Assembly (NCBI GenBank): GCA_963827755.1
Contig: CAWHCQ010000016.1
Coordinates: forward strand, 43,965-107,964
Origin: an uncultured Gammaproteobacteria bacterium
Lineage (GTDB): Bacteria; Pseudomonadota; Gammaproteobacteria; UBA9214
Reading direction: 5' to 3'
Length of the DNA stretch: 64,000 bases
In this document: one piece after another, positions 24,814-35,600 of the stretch
Numbering within the stretch: the stretch's first letter is position 1
Layout: each line of letters starts with the position of its first letter
The notes under the pieces: model-generated
Databases searched by the model: none
Seen by the model: only the letters and a program-made list of their open reading frames with translations
What the model was told of the DNA's origin: nothing
Program-made: the position numbers and the translations under genes

Positions 24814-26649
24814 ATGACAGGAGTTCCCGACACTGACTCGACACGGGCCGGCGAGGCCATCATTCGCCGCTGGTTTCTGCGCTCGCTGGCCGTCATCCTG
24901 GTGCTTGGCCTTGTCGCCGCCGGCATCGGCTGGTATCTGAACCGCGAGACCTCTCCCGATGTCATTATTGAAGAGGCCGTCGTGGCCGGCCCGGTGATCG
25001 AGGAGATGGCGCCGATGCAAGCACCCCCGCACGTGGTCTTCAGGGACATCACCGCGGCCGCCGGAATCGATTTTGTGCATACCAACGGCGCCTACGGTGA
25101 CAAGCTCATGCCGGAGGGTATCGGTAGCGGGGCCGCATTTTTCGATTACGACAATGATGCTGACCAGGACCTGCTGCTGGTGAATTCCAGCTGGTTTCCG
25201 GGGCACGAACAGGACACCACGCCGACGCTTGCCCTGTACCGGAATGACGGCAGCGGGCAGTTCACCGATGTAACCCGGCAGGCCGGGCTGGCGATTGACT
25301 GCTACGGCATGGGTGTCGCGGCCGGCGATTTCGACGCCGATGGCTGGGTCGATCTGTACATCACGGCGCTGGGTGAAAATTACCTGCTCAGAAACGGGCA
25401 GGGAAACTTTGTCGATGTGACAAACGCCAGCGGCACGGCCGGCAAGGCCTCCGACTGGAGTACGGCGGCCGCCTTCCTGGATTACGACAACGACGGTGAC
25501 CTCGACCTGTTCGTCGGCAACTACGTCCAGTGGTCGCGTGACATTGACCTGGAGATCGACTTCCGCCTCACCGGCCTGGGACGCGCAATCGGTGCGCCGA
25601 ACCATTTCTTCGGCACCACCAACCGGCTCTACCGCAATGAAGGTGACGGCCGCTTCAGCGAGGTATCGCAGGCATCCGGCATCATCGTGATCGACCCGAA
25701 TAACCATGCCCCGGCAGGCAAGGCGCTGGCGGTAGCCCCGGTGGATTATGACCGCGACGGCTGGCTGGACCTGTTCGTGGCCAACGACACGACCCGCAAT
25801 TTTCTCTATCACAATCTCGGCGGGGGACGGTTCGAGGAGATCGGCATGCTCGAGGGCATCGCCTTTGACCGCAACGGCAAGGCGACCGGCGCCATGGGCA
25901 TCGATGCCGCCTACTTTCGCAACGATGACGATATCGGCATCGGCATCGGCAATTTCGCCAATGAAATGAGTTCACTGTATGTCACTTCAGCCGGGCAGCC
26001 GCCCTTTGTGGACGAGGCGATCCTCGAGGGATTCGGCCCGGCTTCGCGACTCGCCCTGACCTTCGGACTGTTCTTCTTCGACTATGACCTGGACGGACGG
26101 CTCGACCTGTTCCAGGCCAACGGTCACCTGGAAGCCGACATCAACCTGGTGCAGTCCAGCCAGCGCTATGCGCAGCCCGCACAGCTGTTCTGGAATTGCG
26201 GGTCGGCCTGTCGCGGCCGCTTTGTGCCCGTCGCCGACATCGGCGATCTTGCCACGCCCATGGTCGGCCGTGGTGCCGCCTACGCGGACATCGATAACGA
26301 TGGCGACCTTGACATCGTTGTGACCCAGAACGGGCGCCGTGCCGTTTTGTTTCGCAATGAACAGTCGCTCGGGCATCACTGGCTGCGGGTCCGGCTGGCA
26401 GGCAACGGCCCGAATCGAAACGCCATTGGCGCCCTTGTCGAACTGTCGGTTGACGGCGTCACCCGGCGGCAAGTGGTGATGCCGACGCGCAGCTACCTGT
26501 CGCAAACCGAGTTGCCGCTCACCTTCGGGCTGGGCGCATCCAGCACGGTGGATGAACTGCACATTACCTGGCCCGACGGCCAGCGGCAGTCCGTTGAGGT
26601 TCCCCGGGTCGATGTCATGATGACCATCAACCAGGCCGGCGCCGGCTGA
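24814..26649 (+). CDS. CRTAC1-like FG-GAP beta-propeller with ASPIC/UnbV domain and N-terminal TM anchor
   Basis: Repeated 'DYDNDGDLDL' type motifs, 'FRDITAAAGI', C-terminal 'NRNAIGALVEL..RSYLSQ..LTFGLG..ITWPDG'. Confidence 0.85.
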   Translation: MTGVPDTDSTRAGEAIIRRWFLRSLAVILVLGLVAAGIGWYLNRETSPDVIIEEAVVAGPVIEEMAPMQAPPHVVFRDITAAAGIDFVHTNGAYGDKLMPEGIGSGAAFFDYDNDADQDLLLVNSSWFPGHEQDTTPTLALYRNDGSGQFTDVTRQAGLAIDCYGMGVAAGDFDADGWVDLYITALGENYLLRNGQGNFVDVTNASGTAGKASDWSTAAAFLDYDNDGDLDLFVGNYVQWSRDIDLEIDFRLTGLGRAIGAPNHFFGTTNRLYRNEGDGRFSEVSQASGIIVIDPNNHAPAGKALAVAPVDYDRDGWLDLFVANDTTRNFLYHNLGGGRFEEIGMLEGIAFDRNGKATGAMGIDAAYFRNDDDIGIGIGNFANEMSSLYVTSAGQPPFVDEAILEGFGPASRLALTFGLFFFDYDLDGRLDLFQANGHLEADINLVQSSQRYAQPAQLFWNCGSACRGRFVPVADIGDLATPMVGRGAAYADIDNDGDLDIVVTQNGRRAVLFRNEQSLGHHWLRVRLAGNGPNRNAIGALVELSVDGVTRRQVVMPTRSYLSQTELPLTFGLGASSTVDELHITWPDGQRQSVEVPRVDVMMTINQAGAG

Positions 26650-26656
26650 TCCCGTC

Positions 26657-28333
26657 ATGGCATTTAATGACAGCATCAAGCTGTTCATACTTGCGGCCAG
26701 CCTGCTGGCCGGCCCACCCGCCATCGCCGGCGACCTGGCATTCGATCTGCCATCGTCCCTGGCTGGCAGCCTGCGGGCCATCAGGGAGGTCGGGCTGGAT
26801 GACATGGATGCAGAGGCCCGTGAAAGCATTGAACTGGTACGCCGGCAGCTCAACGCGGCGCTGCAGGAACAACCCGTGCAGCCGGAAAAACTCGCGGCGG
26901 CCTATGGTGAACTGGGCGGACTCTACGAGGTCCACTTCGTCTTCCCGGTCGCCGAGGATTGTTACCACAATGCCATGCAACTGGCCCCGGACAATTTCCG
27001 CTGGGCCTACTATGCCGCGCATATTGCAGACGATGAAGGGCGTACCCGGCAGGCCCTGGAACGCTACCGGCATGCGCGTACACTCAGGCCCGGCTACAAG
27101 GCGCTGATGGTGCGGCTTGGCAATGTCCTGCTTGACCTCAATGAACTGGACCAGGCACAGGCCACCTTTGAAGAGGTTGTGAATGCCGCCGGGCTGGAAG
27201 CGGCATCCCTGTATGGCCTGGGACAGGTTGCTTTTCTGAAACGTGATTATGAGGCGGCCATTGATGCCTTTACCCGTGCCCTGGTGCACGATCCGTCGGC
27301 ATCCAGCATCCATTTCCTGCTCGCGCAGGCGCTGCGGGCAACACAGCGCACTGAGGAGGCGAAGGCGCAGCTGGCACTGCGCGGCGATCAGCAACCCGCG
27401 TTCGTGGATCCGCAGATCGAGAGCCTCAAGGCACTCAAGATTGGTTCGCATTTTCACTTCAAACAGGGCATGAATGCCGCCCGGCAACAGGATTATGCGG
27501 CTGCCAGCGAGGCCTTCGCGGAAGGACTGGCGAGGGAGCCGGACAATGACCGTGCGCGCACCAGTTATGCGCGCGCGCTTTACCTGTCAGGTAACAAGGC
27601 CGCCGCCCGCCGTGAGCTGGAAGCGGCGCTTGCCCGGCAGCCGGAGGACCCGCTCAACCTGTTCCTGCTGGGGATCCTGACGGACGAGGAGGGTGATGCT
27701 GCCGCGGCGGCCGGCTGGTATCAGCGCGCCATTCGCCAGGCGCCGGATCATGCCGGTGCGAATCAATACCTGGCAGATCAGTACTATCGCCAGGGCAACT
27801 ATGCCCTGGCCGCGGAGTACTATGCCGGCAGTATTCGGGGAGAGCCGGACAATCTCGCGGCAACCATTCCCTGTATCGGTGCGCTGTTGCAGGGAGGTGC
27901 GCCTGCTGCCACGCTGATGGCGGCGCTTGACAATGCTATCGGGCGTTTTCCACAATACCCCGGCTTTCGGCCCCTGCAAATCATGCTGCTGGCCGGCAGC
28001 CGCGATGCAGCCATACACGATCCGCAGGCGGCACTGAAAAGTGCGCAGCAACTGTATGACGAGTACACGATACCACCGCACGGGGAATTGCTGGCGCTGG
28101 CCCTTGCGGCGACGGGCGACTACTCAAAAGCCGTATCCATGCAGGAAGAACTGTTGTCCTATGCGCGCCGCGCCATGCCGGCAGAGGCGGAGCGCCTGGC
28201 GCAAACCCTTGCGGGTTACTCGGAAAAGACACTGCCACCGCTGGGCAAGCTCATCAACTACGACGCCATGCAGCCACCCGCGGTCGATGCGAGCGCAGCG
28301 TTTCGCGACTACCCGACACCCCGGCCCTATTGA
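26657..28333 (+). CDS. Secreted tetratricopeptide-repeat protein
   Basis: Signal-like N-terminus and multiple TPR helices ('YGLGQVAFLKRDYEAAIDAFTRAL'). Confidence 0.8.
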   Translation: MAFNDSIKLFILAASLLAGPPAIAGDLAFDLPSSLAGSLRAIREVGLDDMDAEARESIELVRRQLNAALQEQPVQPEKLAAAYGELGGLYEVHFVFPVAEDCYHNAMQLAPDNFRWAYYAAHIADDEGRTRQALERYRHARTLRPGYKALMVRLGNVLLDLNELDQAQATFEEVVNAAGLEAASLYGLGQVAFLKRDYEAAIDAFTRALVHDPSASSIHFLLAQALRATQRTEEAKAQLALRGDQQPAFVDPQIESLKALKIGSHFHFKQGMNAARQQDYAAASEAFAEGLAREPDNDRARTSYARALYLSGNKAAARRELEAALARQPEDPLNLFLLGILTDEEGDAAAAAGWYQRAIRQAPDHAGANQYLADQYYRQGNYALAAEYYAGSIRGEPDNLAATIPCIGALLQGGAPAATLMAALDNAIGRFPQYPGFRPLQIMLLAGSRDAAIHDPQAALKSAQQLYDEYTIPPHGELLALALAATGDYSKAVSMQEELLSYARRAMPAEAERLAQTLAGYSEKTLPPLGKLINYDAMQPPAVDASAAFRDYPTPRPY

Positions 28334-28337
28334 ACAT

Positions 28338-28367
28338 AAAAAAGGCGCATCCGAAGATGCGCCCTTT
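28338..28367 (-). terminator. Rho-independent terminator of the sulfur globule gene, possibly bidirectional
   Basis: Minus strand GGCGCATC-TTCG-GATGCGCC-TTTTTT, between convergent genes. Confidence 0.85.
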
Positions 28368-28426
28368 CACTGCGCGAGTACCGGTCCAGTCCCCGGTATC
28401 CGGACTGAACCGATAGCTTTTTTCGA

Positions 28427-28807
28427 CTACTGGGCTTTCTTCGCCGCCGGTGCTGCCGGTGCTGCCGGTGCTACCGGCGTATAGCCGTAGCCGCCATAAC
28501 CGCCATAGCCGGGATAGCCGCCGTAGCCGCCATAACCGGGATAACCGCCATAGCCGTAGCCGGGATACCCGCCGTAGCCGCCATAACCGCCATAGCCGGG
28601 GTAGCCGCCGTAGCCGTAGCCGGGATAACCGCCGTAGCCGTAGCCGGGATAACCGCCATAGCCGTAGCCGGGATAACCCCAGGGCCCACCGCCCCACGGA
28701 CCGCCATAATAATCGTCGTTACCCCACCAGGCACTTGCTGTACCGGCACCCAGCGTGGCAGCACCGGCAATGATGGCTAGGCTAATAAGCTTGGTAAATT
28801 TTTTCAT
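28427..28807 (-). CDS. Sulfur globule envelope protein, SgpA/B-like
   Basis: Sec signal 'MKKFTK..TASA|WWG', then GYPGYGYG/GYGG repeats and an APAAPAAP tail, as in Chromatiaceae Sgp proteins. Confidence 0.75.
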   Translation of the reverse strand: MKKFTKLISLAIIAGAATLGAGTASAWWGNDDYYGGPWGGGPWGYPGYGYGGYPGYGYGGYPGYGYGGYPGYGGYGGYGGYPGYGYGGYPGYGGYGGYPGYGGYGGYGYTPVAPAAPAAPAAKKAQ

Positions 28808-28959
28808 AGTTGTGTCTCCAAAGTTATCAATAGTCACGAATACCGCTGTCCGGCAGGGTTGCCAGCTAACGTGACTACAAGTATAGGCAAATTCCAGCCA
28901 CCGTCTCCACTCCTCGGCGGGATATAGACGGGTCAATCGGGCGCCTATTTTAAGGTTGC

Positions 28960-28973
28960 TTGATCTAGATCAA
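28960..28973. promoter_or_regulatory. Perfect FNR/Anr consensus box
   Basis: TTGAT-CTAG-ATCAA, about 150 bp upstream of the sgp start. Confidence 0.7.
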
Positions 28974-29080
28974 ATGGCAGGATCAATCATGACGGACACC
29001 CACCCCGGCCGGGGCTTGCCGACGGGCGCCGTAGCAATCGATACAGACTGCATCAATTTTTATGCCCGCATTTATTCAAT

Positions 29081-29446
29081 CTATTCCAGGATCAACGCAG
29101 CGACGACACGCCGGTCTTCCGACAACAGTACGTTAAACGTGCGGCAGGCGGCATCCGTATTCATCACCTCAACGCCGATGCCTTGCCTCTGTAAGCCGAC
29201 TGGAAAATGCGCGGCAGGGAACTGCTGGCATTTGCCGGTACCGAGGATAACGATTTCAGGCTGGTAGTCGGCAAGCCGCTCGATATGTTCCAGGGTGATG
29301 TCAGCGAAGTGCTGCGGGGTCCATTCAATAATCTCGTCCGCCGTGATGATCACGCTGTGGCTGATTGTTCTTTCCTTGATGATGATCTCGCCCTGCCGGT
29401 AGGCCTGGATCAGGTTGCCGTCTGCTGAATCCTGTGCAAAGCGCAT
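29081..29446 (-). CDS. Mth938-like domain protein
   Basis: 'PEIVILGTG', 'GIGVEVMNTDAACRTFNVLLSEDRRVVAAL'. Confidence 0.9.
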   Translation of the reverse strand: MRFAQDSADGNLIQAYRQGEIIIKERTISHSVIITADEIIEWTPQHFADITLEHIERLADYQPEIVILGTGKCQQFPAAHFPVGLQRQGIGVEVMNTDAACRTFNVLLSEDRRVVAALILE

Positions 29447-29629
29447 GGGGCAAAGATACGCAGGCCGGCCCGGGGTGACAAGCGGAATCCGTGTTCTCCT
29501 ACAGACGAACCCTGGCAGGGAAAATAAGCTGGGGGCATGAGTGCGCTTTACCCGGGGTATGTTTCACCCTGGTAAACATGGAATCACGGACGAAAGGTTT
29601 TAACAGCAGGATTGCCAGGGAGTGGCCAG

Positions 29630-32600
29630 ATGAAATTATTGGATATAACGTCTTGTTTCAGAGTTGTAATACCTGCAAGTGCCGGGGGCAAAATACAGGT
29701 TTGCCGCTGTTCTCATTCTTCCCTGTTGAAAAAAGTGCAGCGAACAGACTTCAGGTATCTGTTTACAGGCCTGCTGGTCCTGGCCGGTGTGTATACCGCT
29801 TGCGTCCAGGCATCGATTACCACGGCGTACTATGTACTTGATGCGGATTTTTCTCATGCTGAAGCGAGCGTGATAAGCCTTGAGGATGGCAACGTGATTA
29901 GTGCAGGAAGTACACAGCTGTACCTCGATCAGGGAGAATCCGGTGTCATACCGGTCGCTGATCTTGTGCAGGGTACAAAGGTTGAAGGAACGGGGGCCTT
30001 TACCCTGGGAAATTCCGTTAATGGTACGGACCTGCCAAATCCGGGTAACTTTGCCGGTAGCCTTTTCTCGATTCCACATAAAAGCGGTAGTCATCGTTAC
30101 CTGTTATTGAGCCCGGATGAAAATGCAAAGGTGACCATCAGGCTCAATGGCGACACGACAACCAGTACATTAAACGCGGGGCAGGTCCATACACTGGAGA
30201 TCGGTGACAGTAACGGCAGAAACAAATCAGGTGTCATTATCTCGAACATACCGATTCTGGTGCAGCACAAGGGCTATGAGGGTGACGATGCCCGCTATTC
30301 TTACCCTGTCCCGCCTGCGGCTCTGGAGGCATGGGGCTTTCGTTCGAAAAGGATCCTGGTGGGTGCACCCGGAGAACAGGGTGCAGATATTGACCTGTAT
30401 GCAAGTGACGGCGATTCCACCGGTAAATCAATCAGCGGCAACGAATGGAAGGAGATTAGCGTAGGTGATAGTGAGTCCGAGGGCCGGGGTGATGCCGTTC
30501 ACATCATTTCCAGTCAGCCGGTATCGGCGGTTCAATACGATGACGGTGATGGCAATGAAGCGACGGCCTTTTTCAGCAGCGACTACCTGGCTACCCATTA
30601 CGTCTTGCCCGTCGCTTCCCAGTATGTGGCCGTATTGTGCACACAGGCGAATACGGTCATTACCCTCTATGAAGACGCCTCGACCGCTGATGAACGTGTG
30701 TGTCACTCGGACGGAACGGTACCGGGCAAGGCCTATTTCGGCTCCTCGTCTGATGGTGTGCATATGGCTGCCGGGACACGGATCGAGGCCACAAAACCTG
30801 TTTATCTGATCTACGAAGATGCCGGCACGAATGATGAAAAGAATTTACTGGGATTCGATCTCCGGGGTCCGGAAATTACTGTTGTTAATCCGGGCGACCA
30901 GGGGCACCTCGAAACACGTGATGTTTTGCTGCAAATAAAAGCAGCCAGCAGTGAAGAATACCCGCTCGTCTACAGTGCCACCGGTCTACCGCCCGGTCTT
31001 GCCATCGATCCGGATTCAGGGCTTGTAAGCGGTCAGGTACTCGCGGGTGCGGCTGGAAGCCATTCTGTGACCATCACCGTCGATGACGGAATAGCCGAGG
31101 CCAGTGTTTCATTTCAGTGGACAGTCACGGGCGGAAACATCGGCATCGAGACGATTATTCGCTCCGGCGACTCCTGGAAATACCTGGACGATGGCACAAA
31201 TCAGGGCGCGCAGTGGCGTGATCCGGCAGCGGATGACAGCACCTGGCGGGAGGGCCCTTCACAGCTTGGATTTGGTGAAGGGGACGAGGCCACGGTCGTC
31301 AGTTATGGCGGTGATGCGGACCATAAAAATATCACGACCTATTTCCGGAAGGAATTTGTCCTGGCAGACAGCAAGCTGGCAACCGATCTCGCACTGCGCC
31401 TGATGCGGGACGATGGTGCCGTCGTGTATTTGAACGGTCATGAAGTGCTGCGTTCGAATATGTCCAATGGGACTATCGATTATAGGGACCGTGCATCGGA
31501 GCGGGTAAACAAGACACGCGACAGGGATATCAGCAGAAAAGAGAATATCTTTCTCGATTATTTTATCGATCCTGCCTGGCTGGTTGACGGGGTCAATCTG
31601 CTCGCTGTTGAAGTGCACCTGTACAAGGACAAAAGCAGTGACCTGAGTTTTGACCTGGAACTGAGTGCCGGTATCGACCTGATCGAGGATATTATTCCTC
31701 CTGCTACGCTCAACCCGGGGATGATTTCGTTCAGTACCTCCCGGGGTAACATGGTTATTACCGGCCAGGCGGGCGCTGCCGAGGCGTTTGCGCGTATTAC
31801 GATAGCCACGGCCACCGGCGAGACGGTCACCGCGGTGGCCAATGCCGATGGCAGTTTCAGGGTAATGCTCGGTACCGATACAGGCGAGAATGTATCGATC
31901 ACCCTGGCGGATCGTCATGGCAACACGGGCGAGTCGATCAATATGACTGCAGTGGGCAGCACCGCCGGCTCGTTTGACGTCAGCCCGCAAGGTGCGGGCA
32001 CCTATACCCTGCCGTTGACTATTCCACCGGGTATATCAGGCATGCAGCCAGCTTTGTCACTGGCCTATAACAGCCAGGCCGGTAGTGGCTTGCTTGGACC
32101 AGGCTGGTCACTGCAAGGCCTGTCTGCCATCAGCCGCTGTGGTGCCACCCGGGTACAGGATGGTTTTATTGACGGTGTCGATTTCGATGCCAATGACCGC
32201 TATTGCCTGGATGGACAGCGGCTGATCGCAGTCAGCGGTGCTTACGGGGCGAACCTGACCGAGTACCGTACCGAGATCGACAGTTTTTCAAAGATCGTTT
32301 CCTATACAGAAGCGGGTAGTGCGGGCGTGGCGTATTTCCGTGTCTGGACCAAAGCAGGACAAGTGCTGGAATATGGACGGAGCACCGATTCACGCATAGA
32401 GGCCACCAGCCGCAGTGATAATGCGGTGCTGATCTGGGCGGTGAACCGTATCGAAGACACGGTCGGCAACTACATCACCACGACCTATAGTGAGAATAGC
32501 CAGAGTGGTGAGTATTATCCGCTGCGCATTGACTATACGGGTAATGAGCATGCCGGCATGGCCCCGCTGGCATCGGTGTCTTTTGCATACTCTTACAAGC

Positions 32601-35600
32601 CTGCAACGAAGGGCTATATGGCCGGCTCTTCCATTGAGTCGAGCAAAGTCATGTCCGGAATCTCCACGCAGGTCGGGTCGGCTGTCGTCCGCAATTACAA
32701 TTTTACTTACCGGGCAGGCACAGCAACAGGCAGGAAGCGGCTGGCGTCCATTCAGGAATGCAGTCCGACCGCCTGTTTGCCTGCCCACGTATTTGGCTGG
32801 CAGGACATGGCCGGTACCGGTTTCAATGCTGTTACAGCTTCAAGTCACAATGGCACGGGGTTTGCCACGCGTACAGCATGGACAGATGTGAATGGTGACG
32901 GCCTGGTCGACTGGGTGCGTGCCGGCTCTTCGGCGATCCAGGTCCGGCTGTCAAGGGGCGATGGCAGCTTCGGCTCAATGATTGGTTCGGCGCACGGTAA
33001 AAGCTACCAGGACAGCCATGTCTCATGGGTGGATGTCAATGGTGATGGCCTGGCTGACTGGGTCCGCGCCGGTGCCACTTCCACAAAGGTCCGGCTCTCA
33101 AAGGGTGATGGAAGTTTTGGACAAATCATTGAGTCGGCACACGGTGAGAACTATCAGGACAGCCGTGTCTCGTGGGCGGATGTCAATGGCGATGGTCTGG
33201 CTGACTGGGTTCGTGCCGGTACCTCTTTCACAAAGGTCCGGCTGTCCAGGGGTGACGGGACTTTCGGCGCCATGATTAATTCGGCACACGGTGCGAGCAA
33301 CCAGTACTCCGAAGTTTCATGGGCAGATATTAATGGCGATGGCCTGGCTGACTGGGTCCGTGCCGGTTTTGACCGCACAAAGGCGCGGTTATCAAACGGT
33401 GATGGAGGTTTCGGACCGATGATTGATTCAGTGCATGGTGAAAATTACCAGTATTCCCGGGTAGCGTGGGCTGATATTAATGGTGATGGCCTGGCTGACT
33501 GGGTCCGTGCCGGTAGTGACCGCACCAGGGCACGTTTATCAAAGGGTGACGGGACATTCGGCCCGATGACTGATTCAGCACATGGTGCATCCAGCCTGGA
33601 TAGCCGTGTCTCCTGGGTAGATATCAACGCCGATGGCCTGGCCGACTGGGTCAGGGCAGGCGCTGACCGGACACAGGTCCGGTTGTCCAGGGGTGATGGC
33701 AGCTTCGGCGTGTTAGCAGAGTCCTTGCATGGCCCCGACCTGTACACCGATGTTTCCTGGGTGGACATCAATGGTGACGGCCTGGCTGACTGGGTGCGTT
33801 CAGGTTCTGCGGAAATCCAGGCGCGCCTGCATGCCGGTGTGCGCCCCGACCTGATCGACAGCATTAACAAATGGCGCGGGTCTTCAATACCATCTGGCAT
33901 ATATGCCCCTGACGGATAATACGGTCTATACGAAACACACCGGGGCTCGCTATCCGCTTGTGGATGTCGCGGCACCCTTGTACGTCGTAGCTTCTTCCTC
34001 GGCCCCGGACGGACTCGGTGGATTGTATGCCACGGCCTATCAATACGCAGGCCTGAAGGTGGATTTGTCAGGCCGCGGGATGCTCGGGTTCGCAAAGACC
34101 ACCGCGATAGACAAACAGACAGGGATTGTTACGGATACGCATTATTCACAGGATTTCCCGCATGTCGGTATGGTGCTGCGCAGTGAGACATCGCTGCATG
34201 GCAAACTACTGTCCGGGGTTAGCAATACGCTGGACAGCTTTATAACTGCTTCGTCGAGCGTATATTTCCCGCATCTGGCCAGCAGTGCCAAAAGTACTTT
34301 CGAGTTACCCGGTGGTGCGGACAACCTGGTAATGACGGTCATAACCTCTAATGCCTATGATGCGTCCGGTGAAGGATTGTGGGGAAATGCCGGCCGCGTG
34401 ACGGTGACGACCACTGCAGGCGCCGGGAATTATGTCAGGGACACGGTCAATCACTATCAACCTGCCGATACCGTGAACTGGTACCTGGGCCGCCTCGATT
34501 TGTCGACTGTAGCACCATTCCGTGAATGGTGGTGTGCCGGAATCACGCAAGTCGGCCTTTGAATACGATACCGTGACGGGTTTATTATCCGCGGAAATTA
34601 TCGAGCCGGACAGGGCGGAGCTTGCCTTGCGCACTGAATACATTTATGACGTCTTCGGACGCAAGGCCGTCACCACGGTGCGTGATTCCGCTGCGGCAAC
34701 CCACGGTATTGCTGCGCGCAGTTCCAGCAGCATGTATACGCCGGCAGGTGTGGCGGACCCGGCCAGGCCTTTCGATGCACGGCTGGTGAATACCAATGCG
34801 CTGGGTCACACAGAGACGCAATGGATTGATACCCGTTACGGCAGGGTCGTCAGCCTGACCGGCCCGAACGGTCTGGCTACCTTTCGGGAGCATGATGATT
34901 TCGGTCGCAAGATCCGTGAAGACCGGGCAGACGGCACCTTTACAGCCTGGAGCTTCAGCTGGTGCGGTGCCCACTGTGCCAATGGCGGCACGGCCGTAAC
35001 GGTTGAGACATCCGGTTCCGTACCCGTAACCACCTATTCAGATTTTCTCGGCCGTGAGCTGCGTACCGCCAGCCGCGGACTGAAGGGGTCTGCCATTTAT
35101 AAAGACACCCGCTACAACAGCCTGGGGCAGGTGACCGGGGTTACCCGGCCCTACTATGCAGGCGCTGCCGTCTACTGGACAAATTATGTCCATGACGTAC
35201 TCGGACGGGTCAGGGAAGAGCGCAGTCCGGACAATGGCCGCATAACGACTACATACAATGGTTTGTCTGCCACGGTGCGTCGCTTTGACCTGGCTGGTTC
35301 ATATGACCAGCGCGTGACCCGTATCAGGAATGTGCAGGGCAAGCTCGGGGAAATGATCGATGAAGGTCGCGCGCATACACGCTACGACTACGATCCGCCG
35401 GGGAACCTTGTCAAGGTGACGGACTCAGCCGGTAACGTTACTACCATGGAGTACGATGATCGTGATCGCAAGACAGGAATGCATGACCCTGACATGGGTG
35501 CATGGACTTATCAATACGATGCGGTCAGCCAGTTGCGGCAACAAAAAGATGCCAGGCTGCAGGTCACGCGCATGGATTACGACCGGCTCGGCCGAATGAC

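Noticed and set aside
32879-33810. Regular 147-bp repeats as a CRISPR-like or ncRNA array
   Set aside because: In-frame coding repeats that vary mainly at synonymous positions.
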